This document shows positions 25,681 to 38,196 of a stretch of 64,000 nucleotides of DNA, in pieces. A program made the translations under genes and the position numbers. The notes beneath the pieces are model-generated. The model searched no databases. It was not told where the DNA came from and saw only the letters and a program-made list of their open reading frames with translations. Source of the DNA: Octopus sinensis (taxonomy: Eukaryota). The stretch covers positions 7,254,001 through 7,318,000 of the forward strand of contig NC_043023.1 in assembly GCF_006345805.1 (NCBI RefSeq). The letters are read 5' to 3'. How positions within the stretch are numbered: position 1 is the stretch's first letter; each line of letters begins with the position of its first letter.

Positions 25681-26516
25681 ACCATTACTGCTAGTCGTTT
25701 GTCGCCGATTTCTATCACTTCAGTGAATTCTTCTAAAGTGGCTGGTTCGGCCTGTAATGTAATCGTTACTTTTTGGCCGATCCAGAATTTCACCTCTTCC
25801 ACCACTGCGTTAATGATATTCAGTTTTGCCCTGAGGCCCAAAGTCACGGCCGCACCAGCTTCTCAGGCTCTATCTTGGGCGGAACCTTCGTTATTGTGAT
25901 TTTCGAGGTCCTCCTGCCCATATATATGGGCAAAAGAAGTACCTCGTCCGACTTTAAGGGTTCCACTGAGTAGAGCCTTGCTTCCTCCACCGTGCCAAAC
26001 CTCACTTCGACTGTGGCAAACCTCCTTCCTCTGGTAATAAATTTTACTTTATCCCATATGGGACTGAGACATTTTTCTATTTGATTCTCTGTTGAGAATC
26101 CAACCTTTTTTTCCTTGACGTTGAACGTTTTGAAGATTACCGTCCTCCGTTTAACGTCCTCCTGCGACTCCTTGGATTGCTCCACCTTGGTTTCGGATCC
26201 AGTTCTCGTGATATTTTTGGTCTAACATGTCTAGATTTTCTAAGTTTATCTCCTTCCTTTTCCCTCCAGCTGCTGCTGCAAAGTTCAGTTTCTTCTTTGC
26301 GCCACCCACCTCAAGGCTTGGTGCCTCTATGCATCTCCTTGCTATCGGCTTTTTCTGTTTGTTTTGTATATCCGAGTCCGAGTCCGACGACAATCTCAGC
26401 TCTCGGAACTTTTCCATTCCGACCGTTGTCTTCCTCTCTGGGCTAGCCATTATTTGGCCACCCTGACGGGCAAAATTGCTCCTATGGCGGAGACAATAAC
26501 ACCAGCAATAATTCAA
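25680..26516 (-). mobile_element. L1/Tx1-type ORF1, subfamily B (frameshifted)
   Basis: ORFs 26151-26516, 25844-26185 and the start of 25251-25847 form an RRM-like region ending LAVMVEGR. Confidence 0.7.
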
Positions 26517-26548
26517 ACGGCAATCGAAAAATTAACAGAAATACTTAA

Positions 26549-27520
26549 TTAACAGAAAAAATAATCAAAGCTCGAACAATAACCAACTGCACGCAACAAC
26601 AAAAGACAATCCGACTGTGTCGGCAGATGTGGAGGGTCGCTACCCTCCTCTGCTGTCTCTACATTCTTATGGTTGCTCACCTTTTTCTTTTCGTGGAGGC
26701 AACTTAACCTCTGCTCCTCTTTTCCCCCCTTCCTTTCAAGGCTGCGGGAGCAGGAGGGGACACTACCCTCCTCCACCGCCTGTACATTCTTTCTTTTTCT
26801 TTTCGTGGAGGCAATTTCCTCCACGACTTCCACCGTTTCCCCCTCCAATGAGGGGGGAGCAGGCACTTTTTCTTTTTTATGCTCCAGGGCCTTACCATAA
26901 CCCTTGGTACAGTTCTTCCTGATATGGCCAGGCTCCAGGCACAGGTGACACTTGGGGGGGGAGGCGTCCCTCAAGTATCACCGGGTACCTGCACCCGGCC
27001 ATTTTTAGGAAGTCCAGGAATGTCATATCTCCCACGGCCACCAAGGTCCACAGGATCAAAGTTGCCTTTGACCCCTCCCAGTCAACCGCAGGAGCAACAT
27101 GCACACTCAATAGCCTGGCCCTGCTATACCCCAGGCCTTGCCGGATGGTATCTTAGATCCATCCCGCCTCCTTGCCCAGGGGCAGTCCGCACACCCAGGC
27201 TCTTCTTATCTTCCTCCCACAATAAGTGGGGGGGAACAAAATTTCTTTCCCCTCAAGGGGATTTCCCGCAAATGTACTTGCTTCCTCGGGGGTACCAAAC
27301 AGCAACCAGACCATTGCAAATTTGGACCCCCGAAAAATAAATTTTACAGTTGGAAGGTATTCTGCCAACTCTTTCTCTATGGTGTCCTTATTATATTGAA
27401 CGATGGCGTCAAGCGACCTAGAATAGGTCCTCAACACCACCGTTCTATTGTTTAAGTCTTTTAACCACTCCTTGGGCGGGACAACCTCCCACTCCAAGGC
27501 AGTGGCTTCATTTTTTATTA
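26549..27520 (-). mobile_element. L1/Tx1-type ORF1, subfamily A, with CCHC zinc knuckle
   Basis: RTVVLRTYSRS...VWLLFGTPEEA...PTYCGRKIRRAWVCGLP...YPVILEGR.PPKCHLCLEPGHIRKNC. Confidence 0.75.
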
Positions 27521-27715
27521 CCATGTGTAAAAAAAAGAAGCCAACTAGCTGCGCAAGTGCAGAAGCAAGCTTCTTTATTTCATTAAATTGGCCATATAGG
27601 CCATACAAAGAGAAGCTTGTGGGCTGGACATGGACAAGATGAGATGAAATGAAACAAAATGAGAGGGATGTCGGCGCCCACCGACCGACAAACCCTCAAA
27701 TACAAATCCTCCTTG

Positions 27716-28378
27716 TCAGGGCCTCCAAGCAAAGTGACTTGCCGCCTGCAGACAACTCTGCATCGACAAGTCGGGGCCTGCAAAGAGGAAAGCAAATTCT
27801 TCCTTGTCAAAGGTCGCTGTGACCTTTGACAAAATTTTATCATTTACTACCTCTGCAGCCGCCTGCGGAGGCCATATCGGGCTACTTAAGCAGACCGAGT
27901 ACACACATTCTTGGTCACGTCCCTCAAATACCACCGGGTACCTGTACCCGGCCATTTTTAGGAAGTCCAGGAATGTCATATCTCCCATGGCCACCAGGGT
28001 CCACAGGGTCAAAGTTGCCTTTGACCCCTCACACTCAATAGCCTCGGCCCGCTATCCCCCAGGCCTCGCCAGATGGTCTTCTCAATCCATCCCACCTCCG
28101 TGCCCGGGGGCAGCCCGCACACCCAGGCTCTTCTTATCTTCCTCCCAAAATATGTGGGGAGGAACAAAATTTCTTCTCCCTCAAGGAGCTCGCTGGCAAA
28201 TCTGCCAGCTTCCTCGGGGGTACCAAACAGCAACCAGACCGTTGCAAATTTGGTCCCCTGTGAAATAAATTTTATAGTTGGCAGGTAGTCTGCCAACTTT
28301 TTCTCTATTACACTCTTGTCGAAGAGGGCGATGGCACCACACGACCTAGAATAGGTCCATAGTACCACCGTCCTCTTC
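27716..28378 (-). mobile_element. L1/Tx1-type ORF1, subfamily A (truncated)
   Basis: ORFs 28009-28368 and 27716-28012 are collinear with the 26549-27520 copy but lack the knuckle. Confidence 0.75.
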
Positions 28379-28399
28379 TCAAGATCCTACCACTCCAAA

Positions 28400-29241
28400 G
28401 CAGCGGCAAAAAAAAGTCTTAAGAGTTCCCCAAAAAGTCCAAAGGTCAAAGAGAATGTAAAAAGGTACATGTGGTGCGTGCAGCAGGTCCTCCTTTTCTC
28501 CCGCAGCCGTCGGGTCCTTCGGTGGGCTGCCCACCTTTCGTTTTTTCGAGTAGGTGGAAACCTCCTCGTCATCCTCCTCCTTCTCTCCCTCCATTGAGGG
28601 AGCAGGGAGAGATTCCACTATTAACTGCTCCAGGATCCTATTTTGGTCCTTGGGGCAGTTTTTCTTAATGTGGTTGGTCTCCAGGCACAGGTGATACTTG
28701 GGGGGGGGGCGTCCCTCGAGCATCACCAGATACCTAGACCCGGCCATCCTCAAAAAATTTGAAAAAGCCAGACTTTCAGCTGATTGGGTCCATAGGGCCA
28801 AAACAGCATTTGACCCCTCCGAATCCGGCACAGGCAAAATTTTCACGTTAAGCTACCACTCAGACCCCGGCAAATAGAGTCCTCTATCCACTCGGGCTCA
28901 ACTCCGGGTGGCAAACCGCAGATCCAAGCTTTCAATAATTTCTTTCCACAGTAGCTTGGACGAAACATTATTTCCTTACCCTCGAGGGGCCGGCTTGCAA
29001 AATCGCAAGCTTCTTGGTGGAAGTCAAATAGCAACCAGACCATTGCATACTTGACTCCCCATGAAATGAATTTAATTGCTGGTATGTACTCTGCCAGCTC
29101 TTTCAAAATTGAGGCCTTCGGGAAGACGGTTATGGTGTCGAGCGACTTTGAATAATTCCTCAACACCACGGTCTCCCTTTTGAACTCTTTCATCCATTTT
29201 TTGGGAGGTGTTAAATCCCACTCAAGTAATTCCTTCACCAT
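28400..29241 (-). mobile_element. L1/Tx1-type ORF1, subfamily A, more diverged, with upstream UTR-like sequence to ~29600
   Basis: ORFs 28843-29241 and 28379-28846. The knuckle is degenerate (KYHLCLETNHIKKNC). Confidence 0.75.
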
Positions 29242-29989
29242 TTAAAAAAGTTCAAAAATAGAAAAATGAGGAAAGACACAACAGAAGGGAAGAGAAAAAT
29301 AAAATAACAGTTCAATAAAGTTTTTGTTCCAAACCAAATGATAGACACGAAGAAGAGTTCAAATGATAGCAAAGAAAACAATTTTCGGCCGAAAGGTACT
29401 CCTGGCCTTTGTATATCCACAGAAAATAAAATTTTCAATAATTTTCTTTTTTTCTTTGGCCAAAGGGTACTCCTGGCCTTTGTATAATCCACAGAAATTT
29501 TCAAAAATCAATTTCTCACAATTATGTGAGAGAACACACACGTCTCCACCGCAAGGCAGACAAAAAGCTCCAAATCCAATAAGGACTCCTTGCTAGTACA
29601 AAAAAAATAAACCTACAAGCAACAAATCCTACTGGACTCAATGAGCAAAAAGTCTTACCTTACAGTAGAGTGTCTTTTAATTTTCGTCCGCTGCACACCA
29701 GCGTGACGACTTCAATTCAATTTTGGCCAGCTGTAAACCAGCGTGGCGACTTCAACTGTACAGAGAAGAAGAACTGAACAACCGGAACTGGAAGCAAGCT
29801 TCTTACCACACAGCCACGCTTGCACCAATACAATATATTTTAATTCGTGTTCATCAGTGAGGGAGGAGGTCTTTGTTCAACCCCTCTTTGCGTCCCCTTT
29901 CTCTCTTATGTGCCCCTTCTTCCCACATTTAAAACAACGTGGACATCTTCCTTCAACGTAAACGACATAGCTCGTCCATGCGTCGTGTC

Positions 29990-31130
29990 AGCACATCTAT
30001 TTAGTCTGATATAGTGTCATGTGACAGAGAAGACGCTGAAACAGGCTGTCAAAACGACAGTGAAATGATTCACAAACAGTAGTGTATAAAAACCTGGGCG
30101 AGTTGCTGTGTACGTCTGTTGGCTTGCATGTTCGTTTTATGTTCAGGGGTCACCAATTGTAACAGGATGAAAGGTCTGATAGTAGTAGATCTACCACTAC
30201 TTGTAATAGTTCCACTTTCACTACCATTAAGAACAAAATATTTGGATATATTGCCTATTCCCTTTTACTCTTTTCAGTCATTTTACGAAGAGGCACGTCT
30301 GCGGAGTTCCCGCTTAATTCACTTAAGCGACATAGCTCATCCATGCGTCGTCTCAGAACATCTATTTAGTCTGATATAGTGTCATGTGACAGAAGAGGCT
30401 GAAACAGGCTGTCAAAGGGATCTCAGTACAAACGCACACGCCACACGACGTTGGCTGGCCAGAAAATTCCAAAATTTTATCTGCCATCGTGGCAATTTGG
30501 TCCACAGTGTTGTGGCCAAAATTGTCTGAAGATTGGTAGGCAACCCAGAGAAGAATATTTTACGCAGCAGAGGCGCGTCTGCGGAGTTCCCGCTTAATTT
30601 GTGCAAGTGACTCAAGAATTGTGACGGGGTCCTGTCCCCTGGCTGCTCTTCTGCCATTAGCTCGTTGAACTTACTTTCTTCCGACCGCGTGTTGTGACGA
30701 ATTTCTGCCTTGACAGTCGCATAGGTGGTGTTGTGCTAGGATCTGAAATGAGATCTATAACATAACAGTGCAATGCTGGAAAACGTGTTTCTTCCTGCTT
30801 GTTGAGTCTTCATTCGTATTCGGTTCAGCCAAATTATGAAGACAGTAATAGCAACAGTGAAGAGACATCAATATATTGCTGGCATTGGTGGCGTGAGATG
30901 GTCTGGCCTGCAGCTTGTATAGTAGCTGTGAATACGACAGTGAAATGATTCACAAACAGTAGTGTATAAAAACCTGGGCGAGTTGCTGTGTACGTCTGTT
31001 GGCTTGCATGTTCGTTTTATGTTCAGGGGTCACCAATTGTAACAGGATGAAAGGTCTGATAGTAGATCTACCACTACTTGTAATAGTTCCACTTTCACTA
31101 CCATGAAGAACAAAATATTTGGATATATTC
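29990..31130 (-). mobile_element. Ty3/Gypsy 5' fragments (LTR end, PBS, gag): one internally deleted copy and one longer copy in tandem
   Basis: TTACA-AT-TGGTGACCCC junctions (PBS at 30146-30155 and 31026-31035). The gag reads YVIDLISDP...EESKFNELMAEEQPGDRTPSQFL...LLRKIFFSGLPTNLQTILA. Confidence 0.8.
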
Positions 31131-31310
31131 CCTATTATAAAACTATAAGCAATTAATTAAACAGAAATTTTAGCAACAAAATCCTAAATTGGCCCCCAGC
31201 AGCCATTTCAACACTAGAAGCAGAGTACAGCTCTAGTGGAACCTGCGATTCTCTTTTACTCTTTTCAGTCATTTGACTGCGGCCATGCTGGAGCACCGCT
31301 TTTAGTCAAG

Positions 31311-31520
31311 CTAATAAGGAAGACTGTCCTTATTTACAAATCCTATCCACGGAGATAGGAAAATCTCGTATCCGCCAAAAAGGGCCGCGAGTTCATGCGG
31401 GTCGGAGAGCCTGGTTTCACTAATGGCTGCTAGATCCACGCTATGAAACCTCAGGTGACCCTGTTTCCAAGGTGACCCAAGGCCTCTCACATTTAAGCTA
31501 CTGGTTCTGAGTTTTGCCAT
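31311..31520 (-). mobile_element. L1/Tx1 ORF2 N-terminus (APE endonuclease start), truncated at a SINE tail
   Basis: MAKLRTSSLNVRGLG...VDLAAISETRL is the APE domain I-II signature. Confidence 0.8.
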
Positions 31521-31559
31521 GTTTTAAAGGTTCAGAAGGAGAAAAAGGCTCTACTTACT

Positions 31560-32885
31560 GTTGTTGTTTGGTGGGGTGGCTCCCTTGTGCTTTTGCACAG
31601 GTGTTTCCACCAAGTTTTTATATAGTTTTTGGGAGAAATTTCTCCCTAGCGACACAATATCGTTAGGGAATTTCTCCTTGATTTCATTATATATAGTTTT
31701 GTTTATTTTTATTGTAAGAAAGTGTGCTGGTGGTATATTGTGCGTTTTTATAATAAAGTCTGGGTATTTAGTGTCTGTGTTTTCTTTTATGTATGATACA
31801 AGTTGTTCGTTTTTTGTGTTTATTGCTGTAACGGTGTTGGTGTGTGGCAGTATGGTAGTGAAAGTTTTGTTGTTGTTGGGAAGCTCTATAAGAAATCAGT
31901 GGAAATTTTACCGGTGAGTGTGTTAAATTATAAGGCACAAAAAGAGAATGACTCTCCCCAGACACAACAGAATTTTTTTTTTAATCCCTTTTTAGTGTTA
32001 TTTGGCAGTCTAATTTTATGTTAGTCATCTATCTTGCACACTGCATCTAATTGTGCTTTTGCATAGGTGTTTCCACCAAGTTTTTATATAGTCTTGGGGA
32101 GAAATTTCTCCCTAGCGACCCGATATCGTTAGGGAATTTCTCCTTGATTTCATTATATATAGTTTATTTTTCTTGTAAGAATGTGTGCTGGTGGTGTGTT
32201 GTGCGTTGGTATAATGAAATCAGTAATTTTAGTGTCTGTGTTTTGTTTCAGGCGTGTGATAAGTTGTTCATTTTTTTGTGTTTATTGCTGTAACGGTGTG
32301 TGGCAGTGTGGTGGCGAAAGTGTTGTTGTTGTTGTTGTGAGTGCATGTTGTTGTTGTTGGGAAGCTCTGTGTGTTTGCACTTCCCCCTGTGTTTCTTTTG
32401 TTTTTTCCTTCGTTTTTTTTTTTCGGTGGCACTGTGTGCCACACCCCTTTCTCGCTATCAGTGCTCGCACAATCCAAGCTGATGTCGTCTGGAAAGGGTT
32501 CATTTGCAAGATGCAACAAAAAGTAAAAATAAGAAATAAGTGGAAATTTTACCGGACTCTCCCCAAACACATTTTTTTTCTTTCTATATTTCATATTTGG
32601 ATTCGGTTTGCAAGATTCTTTATGTGAGTTTGTGTGTTGAAGCATATTCTGTTGTGTCTGGGGAGGGTCATTTTCCCTCTGTGCCTTATAAGGTTGCAAG
32701 ACGCAACGAAAATTTTAGGAAAATAAAAATAAGAAGAAATTTTACCGGTGAGTGTGTTACATTATAAGGCACAAAAAGAAAATTACTCTCCCCAGACACA
32801 ACAGAATTTTTTTTTTTAGTCCCTTTTTAGTGTTATTTTGGCAGTCTAATTTTGTGTTAGTCTTCTCTCTTGCACACTGCATCTA
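31560..32885. repeat. Rearranged duplicated block (direct and inverted segments, GTT-rich)
   Basis: 31586-31800 resembles 32053-32290, and 31905-32052 resembles 32735-32885. There is an inverted pair at 32646-32691 / 32762-32807. Confidence 0.75.
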
Positions 32886-32934
32886 ATTCCTCTTATGCCC
32901 ACATTTTTCTCTCAGTATTCTACTGTTCTGTCAC

Positions 32935-33310
32935 ACATGTACACTTACTTGTACTTGAGGCAACATTCACCCCGGGGCGGGTTGAGTCGGCTTCTTCTAC
33001 CACCCTCGAGGCATCTCCAACCATGGCAGCCCACACGCGACGGTCCTGTGCCAGTTCACTGGAGAGAGCGAGCCAGTCACGGTACCGTCGGCACAGGCCG
33101 ACCACTTGTGGACCCGTGAGCACGGAGAGGCCCAGCTGCCCACCCGCGCGTTTCTGCCAGTTGGGAGAAAGACATCATGGCTCAGTTCACCCACCGGACG
33201 CCTACATGCATGGCCAAACCTCTGCAAGCGCCGTTGCGGAAGGACAGACAGAAGGGGCCGCAGAGACAGCCCCTTCCATCTGTACACTGAACAAGCAAAA
33301 AACAAGATAA
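32935..33310 (-). mobile_element. 3' end of a second RTE family with (CAAGTA)-type tail
   Basis: DWLALSSELAQDRRVWAAMVGD...STRPG is a typical RTE ORF2 C-terminus, followed by CAAGTACAAGTAAGT. Confidence 0.75.
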
Positions 33311-33515
33311 GTCCCAAATGCTTATATGATGCCACAAACGTACACAAAAACCTTTGAACATCAGAGATTTGAGCCTGCAGTTTTTTTTTAATTTTGTTTT
33401 TTGTTTATGTGAATCTGATTTCGATAATGCACATTTTAAATATAAAAAAAATATAACACAAAATGTATTAATGCAGTTTTGTCTTTATTGTACAAATCAA
33501 AAATTTATTTACATA

Positions 33516-34020
33516 CCGTAAATCCTTGAGTATAATACGCAGGGGATTTTTAGGGGGCTGTACTTCTGAAAAACCTAAACCTTGTGTATAATACACACCC
33601 CATCTCTAATTTGAGTCGTGCGTAATTAAGCCGGCAGCATCTAGTCAAACAAATGCTTCCGTGCATGCGTAATACAATAATGGTGATGTTCTTAACTGTT
33701 ATATGGGAATGTAAATATGTTTGCAAATTGTTTTTGTTACATGTTATTCTGTGTTCTGAATACTTTTATTTTAATAAATGTTGCTTACTGCAAGTTATGG
33801 AGGATTCTTTTATGACTTCATTGCTTGCAGGCTTAGCTTAAAGTATTTTAGCACCTGATATCACAAAATGCGTCTGAATAAACATTGCCGGACAGCAAAT
33901 AGAGACTTGGACATTGCTTAGAAAATATTTATCATTTTTAGCCTCAGATATAGTACACACTAGGGATTTTGACCTTTAAATTTCAGGGGGGAAATGCGGA
34001 TTGTACTCGAGGATTTACGG
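33516..34020. mobile_element. Tc1/mariner-superfamily (pogo/Tigger-like) MITE
   Basis: TA TSDs and TIRs CCGTAAATCCTTGAGTATAAT / ATTGTACTCGAGGATTTACGG. Confidence 0.85.
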
Positions 34021-34389
34021 TATATATTACTCAAAGTATTGATTTACAGTACATATTTTTTGAAATTATAATTGAAGATTTTTTTTTTTTTTGAAGCTGA
34101 ATGATAACTTTACAGAAAATTTAAAAGAATTTTGGCCAACATTCTTATACATCCGTAGGTTCCTGGCATTTCTTACGACACTTACGTTTGAAGACACAAA
34201 TTATAATAATGACGGCAATGACAAGAATGACGAGGCCAACAGACAAGGCAATGATGGTTGTTTTTGTATCTGCAATAAATAAGGTAAAAAAAGGGTTAAA
34301 GTGATCTAAATTTTATGTTAATTTATGTTCCAAATACCTGCTTAATAACGAAGAAGTTATTTTATTAAATTCTTTATTTTCCAAATTAA

Positions 34390-35420
34390 TTGGAACAAAG
34401 GTAACACATAAATGCATGTGGCTTGGGTTGTCTTGGAAACAGGGCCATCTACTCAATGACCTCAGGTCACTAAGTGTTGATTTCGTGGCCATTTTTGGTA
34501 GATCCAAGATCTATTTATCTCCATGTCAACCAGGAATGCGAGGTGAAACTGCAGTGTTTTTCCAGAGGGGCCTATCTTCGTAGACCCTCAAGTTAAGTTG
34601 GTGATACTGGACATGAACAGTAGTGACGGGGGTGTCCTCAGACTGGTGGCTGTTTATGCTCTGACAGGAGCAAGACTGCCAGATTTCTTCAAATGTCTGG
34701 AGGTTTCCCTTGGAATGTCTCAACCTTTAATGTTAGTGGATGACTAAAACACTGTCTTAGAACCACATTTGGATTATGTGGGGCTAGCAGATAGAAGAGG
34801 GGGTGTTAATAGCCTCGCAAACCTGTTCAGATATTTTCAACTATCTGACAGAAACTGACTGGGTTTCCCAGATGTGCCAATGTAGAATTGGATGGATCGC
34901 ATCGGGGTCACACAGATTGTATCTAGACAAGGTATCCTGTAGGGCAGTAGCTAAGGATAACATAAGTTGTCTACTTTTCAAACTAGTTGGCTACACAGAC
35001 CACAAATCTGTCAGCCTAGATAGCTTAGAAGGCAGGGACCCAGTTATTGGGTCCCTGAACACATAACTCCTGATGTGCCAAGTTTCCAGAGACCAAATTA
35101 GAGAATTATTTAAACAGGTGTTGATGGGGGCAATTGTCATCTAGTGGGGGTTTGCCCTGAAAGGGACAATTAGTTATTGTGTCCACCGGGGGGGTTTGCA
35201 CTGTTTGTCAGGTCTCAGCTAGAACCTCAGACAGTACTTTACACAATATGCATACAGGCCCAAGTAATGCTGACCTTTGTAATACATCTGGACTGTAGGG
35301 TATTTCTAAGGTTTTCAGATGCCTTTTTTTTTACAGATTGGTTGGTATTGAAGAAAGAATTAAGAATGAGGTTTCTGGCCACAAACGCTAAATGTAATAG
35401 GAAACCCACTTACCAGGTCT
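34390..35420 (+). mobile_element. Decayed L1/Tx1 ORF2 APE endonuclease region
   Basis: GLGLSWKQGHLLNDLRSLSVDFVAI ... VLRLVAVYA ... LMLVDD*N ... LYLDKV ... VGYTDHK. It is homologous to 31311-31520. Confidence 0.75.
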
Positions 35421-37260
35421 GAGAGTTGTATAACATCCACCACTAGTTGTAACAGTTTCTCTTTCACCACCTATAAGAACAAAAAATTTGGATATATTGC
35501 CTATTCTCTTTTACTCAGTCATTTTACGAAGCAGAGGCGCGTCTGCGGAGTCCCGCTTAATTTGTGCAAGTGACTCAAGAATTGTGACGGGGTCCTGTCC
35601 CCTGGCTGCTCATCTGCCATTAGCTCGTTGAACTTACTTTCTTCCGACCGCGTGTTGTGAGCTGGGTTTCCCAGATGTGCCAATGTAGAATTGGATGGAT
35701 CGCATCGGGGTCACACAGATTGTATCTAGACAAGGTATCCTGTAGGGCAGTAGCTAAGGATAACATAAGTTGTCTACTTTTCAAACTAGTTGGCTACACA
35801 GACCACAAATCTGTCAGCCTAGATAGCTTAGAAGGCAGGGACCCAGTTATTGGGTCCCTGAACACATAACTCCTGATGTGCCAAGTTTCCAGAGACCAAA
35901 TTAGAGAATTATTTAAACAGGTGTTGATGGGGGCAATTGCCATCTAGTGGGGGTTTGCCCTGAAAGGGACAATTAGTTACTGTGTCCACCGGGGGGTTTG
36001 CACTGTTTGTCAGGTCTCAGCTAGAACCTCAGACAGTACTTTACACAATATGCATACAGGCCCAAGTAATGCTGACCTTTGTAATACATCTGGACTGTAG
36101 GGTATTTCTAAGGTTTTCAGGTGCCTTTTTTTTTACAGATTGGTTGGTATTGAAGAAAGAATTAAGAATGAGGTTTCTGGCCACAAACGCTAAATGTAAT
36201 AGGAAACCCACTTACCAGGTCTGAGAGTTGTATAAAATCCACCACTAGTTGTAACAGTTTCTCTTTCACCACCTATAAGAACAAAAATTTGGATATATTG
36301 CCTATTCTCTTTTACTCAGTCATTTTACGAAGCAGAGGCGCGTCTGCGGAGTCCCGCTTAATTTGTGCAAGTGACTCAAGAATTGTGACGGGGTCCTGTC
36401 CCCTGGCTGCTCATCTGCCATTAGCTCGTTGAACTTACTTTCTTCGACCGCGTGTTGTGAACTGGGTTTCCCAGATGTGCCAATGTAGAATTGGATGGAT
36501 CGCATCGGGGTCACACAGATTGTATCTAGACAAGGTATCCTGTAGGGCAGTAGCTAAGGATAACATAAGTTGTCTACTTTTCAAACTAGTTGGCTACACA
36601 GACCACAAATCTGTCAGCCTAGATAGCTTAGAAGGCAGGGACCCAGTTATTGGGTCCCTGAACACATAACTCCTGATGTGCCAAGTTTCCAGAGACCAAA
36701 TTAGAGAATTATTTAAACAGGTGTTGATGGGGGCAATTGTCAGCTAGTGGGGGTTTGCCCTGAAAGGGACAATTAGTTACTGTGTCCACCGGGGGGTTTG
36801 CACTGTTTGTCAGGTCTCAGCTAGAACCTCAGACAGTACTTTACACAATATGCATACAGGCCCAAGTAATGCTGACCTTTGTAATACATCTGGACTGTAG
36901 GGTATTTCTAAGGTTTTCAGATGCCTTTTTTTTTACAGATTGGTTGGTATTGAAGAAAGAATTAAGAATGAGGTTTCTGGCCACAAACGCTAAATGTAAT
37001 AGGAAACCCACTTACCAGGTCTGAGAGCTGTATAAAATCCACCACTAGTTGTAACAGTTTCTATTTCACCACCTATAAGAACAAAAAATTTGGATATATT
37101 GCCTATTCTCTTTTACTCAGTCATTTTACGAAGCAGAGGCGCGTCTGCGGAGTCCCGCTTAATTTGTGCAAGTGACTCAAGAATTGTGACGGGGTCCTGT
37201 CCCCTGGCTGCTCATCTGCCATTAGCTCGTTGAACTTACTTTCTTCCGACCGCGTGTTGT
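34859..37260. repeat. Three tandem copies of an ~800-bp chimeric unit (Tx1 EN + LTR-like piece + SINE tail remnant + antisense Gypsy gag)
   Basis: CTGGGTTTCCCAGATGTGCC recurs at 34859, 35662 and 36462. The copies are near-identical. Confidence 0.92.
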
Positions 37261-37700
37261 GACGAATTTCTGCCTTGACAGTCGCATAGGTTGTGTTGTG
37301 CTAGGATCTGAAATGAGATCTATAACATAACAGTGCAATGCTGGAAAATGTGTTTCTTCCTGCTTGTTGAGTCTTCATTCGTATTCAGTTCAGCCAAATT
37401 ATGAAGAGAGTAATAGCAACAGTGAAGAGACATCAATATATTGCTGGCATTGGTGGCGTGAGATGGTCTGGCCTGCAGGTTGTATAGTAGCTGTGAATAC
37501 GACAGTGAAATGATTCACAAACAGTAGTGTATAAAAACCTGGGCAAGTTGCTGTGTACGTCTGTTGGCTTGCATGTTCGTTTTATGTTCAGGGGTCACCA
37601 ATTGTAACAGGATGAAAGGTCTGATAGTAGTAGATCTACCACTTCTTGTAATAGTTCCACTTTCACTACCATGAAGAACAAAATATTTGGATATATTCCC
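37135..37700 (-). mobile_element. Ty3/Gypsy gag + PBS + LTR-end fragment, duplicate of ~30560-31130
   Basis: PBS at 37591-37600. Identity with 30560-31307 extends to ~37872. Confidence 0.85.
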
Positions 37701-37822
37701 TATTATAAAACTATAAGCAATTAATTAAACAGAAATTTTAGCAACAAAATCCTAAATTGGCCCCCAGCAGCCATTTCAACACTAGAAGCAGAGTACAGCT
37801 CTAGTGGAACCTGCGATTCTCT

Positions 37823-38196
37823 TTTACTCTTTTCAGTCATTTGACTGCGGCCATGCTGGAGCACCGCTTTTAGTCGAGCTAATCGACCCCAGGACTTATT
37901 CTTTGTACTTATTCTATTGGTCTCTTTTTGCTGAACCGCTAGGTTAAGGGGACGTAAACACACCAGCATTGGTTGTCAAGCGATATTGGTGGGGACAAAC
38001 ATAGACACACAAACATATATATATATATATACGACGGGCTTCTTTTCAGTTTCCGTCTACAAAATCCACTCACAAGGCTTTGATCGGCCTGAAGCTATAG
38101 TAGAAGACACTTGCCCAAGGTGCCACGCAGTGGGACTGAACCTGGAACCATGTGGTTGGTAAGCAAGCTACTTACCACACAGCCACTCCTGCACCT
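37823..38196 (-). mobile_element. Full-length family-1 tRNA-derived SINE
   Basis: Head GGTGCAGGAGTGGCTGTGTGGTAAG...GGTTCAGTCCC, internal microsatellite, and tail GGTGCTCCAGCATGGCCGCAGTCAAATGACTGAAAAGAG. Confidence 0.85.
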
